64,000 nt of DNA, from the NCBI GenBank assembly GCA_934153805.1, contig CAKPFO010000005.1, forward strand, positions 3,537-67,536, read 5' to 3'. Shown here piece after piece: positions 1-8,592 of this stretch. A program made the position numbers and the translations under genes. How positions within the stretch are numbered: the first letter of the stretch is position 1; every line of letters starts with the position of its first letter. The stretch comes from an uncultured Clostridia bacterium. GTDB lineage: Bacteria > Bacillota > Clostridia > TANB77 > CAG-508. The notes beneath the pieces were generated by a model, which was given only the letters and a program-made list of their open reading frames with translations, was not told the DNA's origin and did not search any database.

Positions 1-172
1 CTTCTTTAACTAATTGTCTTACTATTTGAAACACTATCATTCCGTATAATATTTCTACAACTGACACTTTCATAAATATCCCTATTGAAAATACTATTAT
101 AGTCTCTACAATGTTAAATAGTATACTCGGTAACCAATATAAAATTAATTTTAATGTATTATTCATGTTCAT
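1..172 (-). CDS. hypothetical membrane protein, N-terminal part only (continues past the left edge)
   Basis: ATG at 172 follows a GGAGAG RBS, and the frame is open down to position 1. The translation MNMNNTLKLILYWLPSILFNIVETIIVFSIGIF... is hydrophobic. It is too short in this window to appear in the ORF track. Confidence 0.4.
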   Translation of the reverse strand, partial: MNMNNTLKLILYWLPSILFNIVETIIVFSIGIFMKVSVVEILYGMIVFQIVRQLVKE

Positions 173-239
173 TTCTACTCTCCATCTTCTGTATCACAAA
201 ACCATAAAAATGATTTGATTGGTGGCATATTAACACCTC

Positions 240-797
240 CTAATTAAAAGAATATATAATACCTACTATCACAGAGTATATTGAAAACAAAGTGATAAAT
301 AGAGATATTAAACTTATATTTCTTAATGTAATACTCTTTATCGGCCTTTTTTCATTTTCTTTCGATTTGTCCCATAATACTTTATACTTTTTATACATAG
401 TATTCATTTTTTTATAAAATATGAATGGCATAAACAATAATAACTTACTTATGAGCATCGCAAGATAATAATTTGAATATTGTCCTTTTGATATTGTATA
501 CGATAATGTATATGCAATAGTCATGTATAATATGCTCATAAATATCACAAAAAAATCAGTTATTTGTATTTTATCTTTATATAAAACTCTTAATAATGCA
601 TACATTAGTATTAAAAACACAGTGTAAAATATTACATTATAATTAGGTACAATAATACAAATAATATATAGTATAGTTGTACATATAAATAACAGCTTTC
701 TCTTCTCTTTTAGTCCAAATACCACTATCACATATAAATAATAATATAAGCATTCAGGAATTATTGCACATATTATATCAATTAATATATTTTCCAT
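240..797 (-). CDS. polytopic membrane protein, unknown function
   Basis: 185-aa ORF with several long hydrophobic segments. It lies left of the tentative prophage junction. I recognise no family. Confidence 0.55.
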   Translation of the reverse strand: MENILIDIICAIIPECLYYYLYVIVVFGLKEKRKLLFICTTILYIICIIVPNYNVIFYTVFLILMYALLRVLYKDKIQITDFFVIFMSILYMTIAYTLSYTISKGQYSNYYLAMLISKLLLFMPFIFYKKMNTMYKKYKVLWDKSKENEKRPIKSITLRNISLISLFITLFSIYSVIVGIIYSFN

Positions 798-879
798 ATT
801 CTCTCTCCTTTATCTTTTGTTATTACACTATATTCATATAGTTATATATTTAGAACTATAATTTATTTTTTTATTTTAC

Positions 880-908
880 TTGACATAAAAATCAAATTAT
901 ATTATAAT
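880..908 (+). promoter_or_regulatory. consensus sigma-70/SigA-type promoter
   Basis: TTGACA at 880-885, an exact 17-nt spacer, then TATAAT at 903-908. The -10 box overlaps the candidate att core. Confidence 0.45.
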
Positions 909-914
909 AAAAAT

Positions 915-992
915 GCAATAAGTTTTACTTATGCGTAAAGAAAGAGGAGATAGCCCAAGTCGCAAATAGAGTCTATCTCTTCTTTTCGTTTT
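915..992 (+). ncRNA. candidate small RNA between a consensus promoter and a terminator-like hairpin
   Basis: No ORF is present. There is a 5' hairpin GCAaTAAGT/ACTTATGC. The 3' stem AAGAGGAGATAG (942-953) pairs with CTATCTCTTCTT (973-984) and is followed by TTTTCGTTTT. Confidence 0.25.
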
Positions 993-1085
993 ATTAAAAC
1001 AAGTCTGTTTTTATTGTATCATTATAATATTATTTTTTCAATATCTTTTTTACATTTTTTTAATTTGTCGAAACATGCAAACAAC

Positions 1086-1115
1086 GGATAAAAAGGTAGA
1101 GTCCGAAGACTCTAC
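1086..1115 (-). terminator. rho-independent terminator-like hairpin
   Basis: Perfect 8-bp stem GTAGAGTC/GACTCTAC with a CGAA loop (1096-1115). On the minus strand it is followed by CTTTTTA. Confidence 0.45.
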
Positions 1116-1192
1116 TGTATGTTGAGTTTTTGAACGAATAAAGTTCTCATTAACTATAACGTAAAGTTTAGGTTCTGTCAAGAATTTGTCGA

Positions 1193-1218
1193 AATAAAAA
1201 AAGACTATTGCTAGTCTT
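1193..1218 (-). terminator. terminator overlapping the stop codon of the 2-TM gene
   Basis: Stem AAGACTA/TAGTCTT (1201-1218) has A/T runs on both sides, so it could act in both directions. Confidence 0.5.
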
Positions 1219-1708
1219 TTTTATTTTTTATTATATTTTCTCTCTTTGGATTATATTTTCCATTTGATGCGTTATTGGCTTTTAATATAATTTTTAATAA
1301 TTCTGTTAGATTATCGTTAAATAAATATTTTACTATAATTCTTACTAATACAAATATCTCTGCAATTCCTCCAGTTATAAAAATATTAAATGTAGTATCA
1401 GCATATTTTAAAACATTACACCCTTTTAATACAAAAAATATATTCAACGTTACTAACTGTATTATTAGTATTGCAATTAAAATAATTGCATATCTTCCTT
1501 TTAATTTGGTATCACTTTCTATTTTATCAGCAAATAAATTAGTAATTCTATCATTCATATTCCATTTTTTTGAAACTTCGTCTATAGGTTTTACATCTTC
1601 TTTTGCCTCACTTATTTCATTTTTGGAATTAAACATTCCCATTATAACTTCTTTTAATAATTCATCTTTTTTTTCATTTTTTGCAGGACTTTTATTATAT
1701 TGACTCAT
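1211..1708 (-). CDS. 2-TM membrane protein, translationally coupled to the ImmA-like peptidase
   Basis: 165 aa with a charged N-terminal ~70 aa followed by two hydrophobic helices (YAIILIAILIIQLVTLNIFFVL and FITGGIAEIFVLVRIIV). Its ATG overlaps the upstream stop in an ATGA junction at 1705-1708. Confidence 0.6.
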   Translation of the reverse strand: MSQYNKSPAKNEKKDELLKEVIMGMFNSKNEISEAKEDVKPIDEVSKKWNMNDRITNLFADKIESDTKLKGRYAIILIAILIIQLVTLNIFFVLKGCNVLKYADTTFNIFITGGIAEIFVLVRIIVKYLFNDNLTELLKIILKANNASNGKYNPKRENIIKNKKD

Positions 1709-2202
1709 AATAAACCTAAAATGTCTAATCTTACGGTCATAGCAGAAACCGAAACATCAAACAATTGAGACAGTTCCGTTATTGTATTATTTTCATTATA
1801 TATCTTTTCTAAAAGGGTTTTATTCATAAGTAAAGCTCCTGCAAAATAGTCTACTTCTTTTTCTCTCTCTTTTTCTTCTTCATTTGGTATTCTAAACATT
1901 ATATCAACATGAACATCATCATTTTCTAAAATATCTTTGTGTAAAAAGAAATGACCTATTTCATGAGCTATTGTAAATCTTTGATTTTCTCTTGTATCAT
2001 TTTCATTAACTAAAATTTCAAATTCATTTGTACTTCTATTATATCTTATTGCTCCAGAAATCTTTTTATCCAAGTTTCCTTTGTATACTTTAATATCATT
2101 TGCTTTTGCAATTCCAATAACATCAACAGGAATTTTATACATATCATTTTTTAATAATATACTAGATGTTAATTCTTCTAAACTTTTATTTATTTTGTTC
2201 AT
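1705..2202 (-). CDS. ImmA/IrrE-family (M78, COG2856-like) zinc metallopeptidase
   Basis: HEXXH motif in FTIAHEIGHFFLH, with the size and layout typical of stand-alone ImmA-like peptidases. No HTH domain is fused. Confidence 0.7.
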   Translation of the reverse strand: MNKINKSLEELTSSILLKNDMYKIPVDVIGIAKANDIKVYKGNLDKKISGAIRYNRSTNEFEILVNENDTRENQRFTIAHEIGHFFLHKDILENDDVHVDIMFRIPNEEEKEREKEVDYFAGALLMNKTLLEKIYNENNTITELSQLFDVSVSAMTVRLDILGLL

Positions 2203-2395
2203 ATAAACTCCTCCCCATTAATATTATTTACTACTATATCATTTATTACACCAACATTATATATTAAAAAATTTAATAAATCAATACTTTTTGTTTTATT
2301 TGTATTTTAGCAATATCCGCCAAAAAATCGGCACCCCACAATCGATTTTAAGGCATTTTTATTTCTTGTTAGAGTAATTATATTCCTTGATTTTC

Positions 2396-2424
2396 TTGAC
2401 TTTTGGAGATTTTTCACGTATAGT
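2396..2424 (+). promoter_or_regulatory. promoter for the plus-strand small ORF
   Basis: TTGACT (2396-2401), a 17-nt spacer, TATAGT (2419-2424), then a GGAGG RBS before the ATG at 2463. Confidence 0.45.
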
Positions 2425-2462
2425 ATCAATAAAGAATTATTAAAAAAAGGAGGCTTTTAGAA

Positions 2463-2729
2463 ATGAAATATGATCCAGAAAAAAATGAACTTACACATTT
2501 GATAAAATATAAAGAAAAAGAATTCAATAAAGAAACATTAATAGATGAATTAAAAAATAGGTTTGATGTAAAATCAATTGAAGATGAAAATAATAATCTT
2601 ATAATTACTTTAAATAATAAAAAAGAATATGTATTCAATTATGATGATTCTATTAATGAAAAAATTAAAATCTATGATGTTTATGAATTAGCTCGTGACT
2701 TACCATTAGCAGACACAAATGATAATTAG
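2463..2729 (+). CDS. small acidic hypothetical protein
   Basis: 88-aa ORF with a strong AAAGGAGG RBS. It is divergent from the ImmA-like gene. Confidence 0.55.
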   Translation: MKYDPEKNELTHLIKYKEKEFNKETLIDELKNRFDVKSIEDENNNLIITLNNKKEYVFNYDDSINEKIKIYDVYELARDLPLADTNDN

Positions 2730-2752
2730 AGCAGTACAATTAAGTACTGCTC

Positions 2753-3307
2753 CTAGCTATATGGATTAATACCATTACAATCTTTTTGATATGCAATTAA
2801 ATATTCAAGTATATCATTATAATTTTTAATTATTTTACCTGTATATGGATTTTGTTTTTCTAATAAATATTCTTCATTTATTTTTTCTTTTCCATCTATA
2901 ATATTTTGTAATCTTATTGGATTATTTATAATGCTATTTAAACTTTCTTTATTTGAGTTATCACTTACTTTTTTAAAATTATTTTCTTGTTTTTCTTTAT
3001 TATCTTTTTTTAATATAGATATAAAAAAGCTAATAATAACCATTAATATTGTTATTATTGTCATTATAAAATTTTCTCCACATAAAGCAATAGTAAAAGA
3101 ACTTAATGGATTTTTATTAGCTATACTAGCTCCTATTGCTAATATACAAGCTAATAATATTGTTGTAGGATTATGACCACTTATAAATATATCAATAAAA
3201 TCGCATATTATTATAGCTATTAATCCTATAATAATGCAAATTAAATTTTCTGTAAAAAAACCATAAACTCCTACAATCGAAAATACTAATTCAATAATTC
3301 CTAACAT
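2753..3307 (-). CDS. membrane protein (about 4 TM) with a soluble C-terminal domain that carries a scaffold-like KQNPYTGK motif
   Basis: The likely start is ATG 3307, after a GGGAGG RBS. The N-terminal half is hydrophobic. The C-terminus reads ...EKQNPYTGKIIKNYNDILEYL. Confidence 0.6.
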   Translation of the reverse strand: MLGIIELVFSIVGVYGFFTENLICIIIGLIAIIICDFIDIFISGHNPTTILLACILAIGASIANKNPLSSFTIALCGENFIMTIITILMVIISFFISILKKDNKEKQENNFKKVSDNSNKESLNSIINNPIRLQNIIDGKEKINEEYLLEKQNPYTGKIIKNYNDILEYLIAYQKDCNGINPYS

Positions 3308-3392
3308 TTCTATACCTCCCATATAATATATATTATACAAGATGTATATTGAAAACTTTGTCGAAACTTGTCATATAATACAAAATATTGTT

Positions 3393-6300
3393 TTAATATT
3401 TATATGTTCCATCTTTATAAAAAGTAACTCCAAACAATTTAAGAACTTCTTTTTGTCTTTCCTCTTTATAATTACTCTTTATGTAGTTAACTACTAATTC
3501 TTTTTGATATTTATTTGATGGTTTACAATCTAGTGCATAAAGAATTAATTTTTGAGTATAAGATGCTCCTTGTATGCTATTTATATAATCAAATCTTTTA
3601 GCACTTCCACTTCCTATTATAGATTTTCCATTTTCTGAGCCATCATCTTTTTTATCTGCATTGAACTTTTCATTGTTTTCTGCTAATTTATATTTTAAAT
3701 ATTTATCAATGTTTAATCCGTCTTCTTTATCTTTAAAAAGGTCTTTTACAATAGAATATTTTTTATCTGTATCAGACAATATATAATTTTCATACAATGT
3801 TTGTTTTTCCTTATTACTATAATTTGAACTAGATAAAACTTCTAATTTTTCTTTATCTTTTTTTAAATCTTTTGTTTTAAATTTATAATCATAATAAGAT
3901 TTTGCACTTACACTATTTAATGTTTCTCTTTTCTTTTTATATTCTTTTGAGTCAATTCCTAATACTTCGTATTTAGCTTTAGAATAAGAATCACTTACTA
4001 TTTCATTAATTGTATTAGCTTTCTGTTCATTATTTAATTTCTTATACTCACTATCTTTCATTAGTGAACTTAGTGAGCTTTCTACATATTTTCCTGAAAT
4101 AGTTTGAAATCTATTTCTTTCCTCTGCATTCATAACGATTTTTTTACCTTTATTGTCTATATAATAAGGTGCTGTTCTAGGAAATATAGTCTTATCTCCT
4201 ACATCTTTATAAATATTATATATTTCTTGACCTACTTCACTTAATTTACCTTTATTTACATTGGATGGATTAAACATTACATTCCATAAACTATTATCTC
4301 CTCCATATTTTTGTATTTGATTTCCTAAAGTATCTACAGAAGCAGGTAATGTTTTACTTAATCCTGGTATTTTTGCTTTAAAAGAATTAACTGCACTTTC
4401 TATTGGTTTATCATATTCAAAAGTTGTCCTTTGAGTTCCGTCTATCATATCTGATATTTGTTTGCTAAATGTTGGAATAGCTCTTGCTGGTAAATTTAAA
4501 ACTTGATTAATTATACCTGAAAAAAATCCATCATTATCATTTAATACTTCATTTATAGATTGCAAGAAAGACTGTTCTAATAAAACACTTCCAGCTGTAT
4601 CCATATTCCCAACAATTCCTTCTAATAAAGCCTTATTTTTATCTTCGGAATTAACAATATTAGTCATTATAGATAGATGGGCTGATACAGGTTGAGCCCA
4701 ATCATAAGTAAATGTTTTATCTCCTATTTTTATTGAATAACTACTTATTCCAAGAGAATTTTTCATAAAATTTTTGACGTCTTTATCTTTATCAGGTTCT
4801 CCTGTTGCAATTCCAGCTTTTGCTAAAGCATATGCTACTACATATAAAAAACTACCTGCTGTTGCTTTTCCTAAATTTTGTACAAATTTATGCTGTAATT
4901 GTGCGGCATATTGTCCTGTTTTTAATGAATTTTTCAATTTTACACCTGATACTAATGTATTTACTAAACCTGCTGGAGAATAATCTACTATAGCTTTAGT
5001 TAAATTAGCTGGAGTCTTTGCAAAAGGTATTAGTATATCCCCAAGTCCATAGCTTAATCCTTTCTTTTTCCCAACTTTTCCATTCAAAGCATTTCTTATA
5101 CTTAAAACTGTTTGAGTATAAGCATTATTATCTTGCCAAGTTCTTTGAAGAGCTTCTGTAGTTGCTATATCTATCATTTCTTGTGTAGGTGTTGTAGCAT
5201 TATTTAGAGCTAATTGATTATTAATAGAATTAGTAAAAGTAGCTTCGTAAAAACCTCTATCTCCCACATCTAATGCAAAAGACAATAAACTATCTACTCT
5301 ATTTAAATTCTTACCTATTAAATTTTTATCACTAAAACTTTTACCCTCTCCTATTTCAAATCTATTACCTTCAATGTTTCTTGTATTTACTCCGTTCTTA
5401 AAATCACTATATGACTCATATATACCTTTTCCGAAACCTTTAGAATAACTCTTTATGTTAAAGTTTCCAGTTGTCCTTACTCCTGTTTTTTTAGATATTA
5501 ATTTATCTATTCCAGTAGAAACACTATCACTAAACATATTTACTGGCATAATAACTGCATTACCTAAAACATTTCTTACTTGTGTCTTTGGATTAAATAA
5601 CATAGAAATTCTCATCCAAGTTTTAACCTTTTGCCCAACATTAGAAGGAAGTTTATCTGTTATTAATTTCTGTATTTTTGCAAGTTCTAATTTTTTATTA
5701 TATCCATCTTCCATAGTTGAAACTTTTTGCATAGTCTCTTTTATAAATTCTGTATCTTGTGGAGTTAAATTAAAATCTTTTGCATTTTTATCAATCCAAG
5801 CTTTAGACTTACCATCTACTAACTTATTGTATGCCTCTGTTAATTCACTTTGAGCATAATAAAACATACCTTCAGGAGTTAATCTTGAAAGTATATTATA
5901 AGCCTGTACTGTTTGACCTGCAGTTGTTCCTATATCTCTCATTTTCTTTGCTACTTCTACAGCACTTTGATAATCTCCTGTATCTTGATATTGTTTTAAA
6001 AGTATCCAACCTTTTGCAACATCTTCAGCATTTGCTGATTTACTTTCTTTACAATACCATTTGTTTACTTCTTGTTGTCCATTTTCTTGTAAACTCTTAT
6101 ATGCTTTTTCTAATGTTTGCTCATTAGTTATTCCTTTATAGTATCTAATATTTTCTTCTTTTCCCATTTGTTGTCTTAAGTCTTCATTTAAAAATTTTGC
6201 ATCTGTAACTATATTAGATAAGAAACTACTCTCTCTATTTCCTTTTACATACTTTTTTATTTTTAGTTTTGGAGTTGTACTCGCATCTTCCATAGTTAGA

Positions 6301-8582
6301 TTTGATATTTCTGTTGGATTTAATGTTTTATCTTTTTGTTTTGTATACTCTCCAGTAGCTAAAGTATTATTTGTTTGTTGAGCTGTAGGCAATGAATTAT
6401 TTTCTATTTTCGATGCAACGCTTTGTGTATTATTTTCCCCATTTTGCATAGAATAGTTAGTAGGTTTGACATTTTCATTTGAAAGTGTTATACTATTAGC
6501 AGTAGCATTACTATTAGTATTGTTACTACCAATATTAGATTCATTTGAATCCAAAAAGTTACTGACTCTTGGCAATTGTAGCCTTGCCTCAGTAACTTTT
6601 TTTATTACACCTCTATCAATATCATACAATAAATTTCCATTTTTTATATTGTCTTGCATAAATTTATCATAATTATTTCTTCCATATGCACTTGTCATGA
6701 CATTAGTATTAATAATAATGTCGTTTACCCTTCCTAAACCATCTATTTTTATGCTTGCAATTATTGGTCTATCTTGTTTGTCTGCTAAATATGTAGTTAA
6801 AACAATACTATCATCCTTAGTATTAGACTTTACAACATCTAATGGATTATTTATTGCTTCTGGTAATTGTTTGACTATATCTTCCCCTAAATTGTGATAA
6901 TTTGCACCTACATATTTACCACTTTCATTCATAATCGTATCTAAATGTTTTTGTGTCATTGTAATTGGTAAATCTGGTAGTCCTATATCTTTTAATACTT
7001 GTGGAGTTTTTCCTAATACTAGCATATCTTTTTTAGGAAATGTTCCATTTTTAACTGCATCTATTTGTTTTGAAAAATTGTTGCTATCCTTTTTTATTTG
7101 CATTGACAATTGATTTTGAGCCGTTTTATTTTCTTGCTGAATAATCTGCTGTGTTTGTATATTATTAGTGCTATTTTCTTGTTTATTTGCATTATCTATT
7201 ATGTCTTGTGCTTCTTGTAATCTTAATTGAGCTTCGTCTTCTTTTATATCTGTTTTTTCTTGCATAAATACATTATTTGTAACTAACTCATTCATTTGTG
7301 CATATTTAGATTTTAATTCGCTAGTTAGTTCTGTATTACTTGGATTTTTCTTTAATTCTTTTTTGATGTCTTCTATGTCTTCGTTCAGTAATTCTGCTTG
7401 CGCTTTTACATCAGTTCTTAATCCTGCTTCATTTATTGCTTGAGCTAAATTAAGTTTGTCATTATTTACTATTTGTCCGACTTCATATGCAGAACTTCCC
7501 ATGCCCATTAGTGAAGCAGAAAGAAAAGCTATTCCAAATTGCTCTCCTACTTCTTCCCAGTTCCATTTTTCACTAAATGTAGCACCTCTTCCATTGCTTA
7601 CTTTGTCTATTGCTTTGTCAAACATTTTGTTTAAAGTATATGACGCAATTTCCTCTGAACCTTCAGCTAAACCTTGTACTCCTGTTCTTACAAGTAATTT
7701 TCCAAATCCTGATGAAATTCTGCTAGAGACTGCATTTGACAAACTTCTATCCCATGAACCAACTGGACCAAATAGACCACTTGCTCTTTCTACTGCTGTT
7801 TCTATTGCACCTTGTCCTAACCCTCTTATCCAAGCTTGCGTATTGGTTACTCCTTCTTTACTATAAGATTCATTTAATCCTCCTGCAGAAGCAGTTGAAA
7901 ACATTAGCCCTGTTCCTATTTTAGATGTTAACGGATTCATCTCAAAGGCCATTAACCCTGTAGAATATCCCATACTAGCTAATGTTTCTTCACTTTTATC
8001 TCCTAAAACAGAATTAGGTCTTAAGTCTTTTTGAATATTATCAAACAATTCCTTATTTCTATCTTCCATTGCCGTTTGTCTTATTCTATTAGCCCAATCT
8101 TTATTTCCAGCCCAGTCAACTATTTGTGCAGCAACATGAGTTCCAATATCAGATGCACCTTCTCCTATTCTTCCAATACCTTCAACAAAACTTGCTCCAG
8201 CATTAGCCAAAGTCGAACCTACTGTTTTTGAAACATCTCCAAATTGATATCCATCATCAAAAGCATTTGACGACTTAACAAAACCGCTAGTATCTTTTAT
8301 TGTTTGTTTTGATACTCCTATATTGCTTATAGTATTTTTATTTTGGTCTGTTTCTAAGTTATTCTGTCTGTAACCATATCTATTACTTGCTGTTGGTAAG
8401 CTTACTGTTTGAGGATTTTCTTTTGAAAAATTTGAATTTATATTATTTATTTGTTCTTTTATTTTAGATTTTCTTTTCTGTTCTTGTTCTTTTTGAATTT
8501 CCTCATTTTTCTTGTAATAATAGACATCCTCATATAATTCATCTTTCTCTAATTTATTTAATTTTGAATAATCAAATCCCAT
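3393..8582 (-). CDS. 1729-aa giant multidomain protein (polyvalent or ejection-type protein)
   Basis: Single uninterrupted ORF. It has a Gly/Ala/Ser-rich hydrophobic N-terminal region, a coiled coil and an N/S/T-rich linker. One segment (MTQKHLDTIMNESGKYVGANYHNLGEDIVKQLPEAINNPLDVV...) resembles, from memory, the Barnase/EndoU/RelE-like PBECR nuclease modules of phage and ICE polyvalent proteins. Confidence 0.6.
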   Translation of the reverse strand: MGFDYSKLNKLEKDELYEDVYYYKKNEEIQKEQEQKRKSKIKEQINNINSNFSKENPQTVSLPTASNRYGYRQNNLETDQNKNTISNIGVSKQTIKDTSGFVKSSNAFDDGYQFGDVSKTVGSTLANAGASFVEGIGRIGEGASDIGTHVAAQIVDWAGNKDWANRIRQTAMEDRNKELFDNIQKDLRPNSVLGDKSEETLASMGYSTGLMAFEMNPLTSKIGTGLMFSTASAGGLNESYSKEGVTNTQAWIRGLGQGAIETAVERASGLFGPVGSWDRSLSNAVSSRISSGFGKLLVRTGVQGLAEGSEEIASYTLNKMFDKAIDKVSNGRGATFSEKWNWEEVGEQFGIAFLSASLMGMGSSAYEVGQIVNNDKLNLAQAINEAGLRTDVKAQAELLNEDIEDIKKELKKNPSNTELTSELKSKYAQMNELVTNNVFMQEKTDIKEDEAQLRLQEAQDIIDNANKQENSTNNIQTQQIIQQENKTAQNQLSMQIKKDSNNFSKQIDAVKNGTFPKKDMLVLGKTPQVLKDIGLPDLPITMTQKHLDTIMNESGKYVGANYHNLGEDIVKQLPEAINNPLDVVKSNTKDDSIVLTTYLADKQDRPIIASIKIDGLGRVNDIIINTNVMTSAYGRNNYDKFMQDNIKNGNLLYDIDRGVIKKVTEARLQLPRVSNFLDSNESNIGSNNTNSNATANSITLSNENVKPTNYSMQNGENNTQSVASKIENNSLPTAQQTNNTLATGEYTKQKDKTLNPTEISNLTMEDASTTPKLKIKKYVKGNRESSFLSNIVTDAKFLNEDLRQQMGKEENIRYYKGITNEQTLEKAYKSLQENGQQEVNKWYCKESKSANAEDVAKGWILLKQYQDTGDYQSAVEVAKKMRDIGTTAGQTVQAYNILSRLTPEGMFYYAQSELTEAYNKLVDGKSKAWIDKNAKDFNLTPQDTEFIKETMQKVSTMEDGYNKKLELAKIQKLITDKLPSNVGQKVKTWMRISMLFNPKTQVRNVLGNAVIMPVNMFSDSVSTGIDKLISKKTGVRTTGNFNIKSYSKGFGKGIYESYSDFKNGVNTRNIEGNRFEIGEGKSFSDKNLIGKNLNRVDSLLSFALDVGDRGFYEATFTNSINNQLALNNATTPTQEMIDIATTEALQRTWQDNNAYTQTVLSIRNALNGKVGKKKGLSYGLGDILIPFAKTPANLTKAIVDYSPAGLVNTLVSGVKLKNSLKTGQYAAQLQHKFVQNLGKATAGSFLYVVAYALAKAGIATGEPDKDKDVKNFMKNSLGISSYSIKIGDKTFTYDWAQPVSAHLSIMTNIVNSEDKNKALLEGIVGNMDTAGSVLLEQSFLQSINEVLNDNDGFFSGIINQVLNLPARAIPTFSKQISDMIDGTQRTTFEYDKPIESAVNSFKAKIPGLSKTLPASVDTLGNQIQKYGGDNSLWNVMFNPSNVNKGKLSEVGQEIYNIYKDVGDKTIFPRTAPYYIDNKGKKIVMNAEERNRFQTISGKYVESSLSSLMKDSEYKKLNNEQKANTINEIVSDSYSKAKYEVLGIDSKEYKKKRETLNSVSAKSYYDYKFKTKDLKKDKEKLEVLSSSNYSNKEKQTLYENYILSDTDKKYSIVKDLFKDKEDGLNIDKYLKYKLAENNEKFNADKKDDGSENGKSIIGSGSAKRFDYINSIQGASYTQKLILYALDCKPSNKYQKELVVNYIKSNYKEERQKEVLKLFGVTFYKDGTYKY

Positions 8583-8592
8583 TTTATCTCCT

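Noticed and set aside
1275-1703. 142-aa plus-strand ORF opposite the 2-TM gene, and similar antisense ORFs across the prophage (e.g. 2931..3176, 5455..5853, 7456..7866, 12387..12683, 18477..18767, 34075..34557, 38159..38809)
   Set aside because: Each lies entirely within a better-supported gene on the other strand and has a repetitive, hydrophobic, low-complexity composition.
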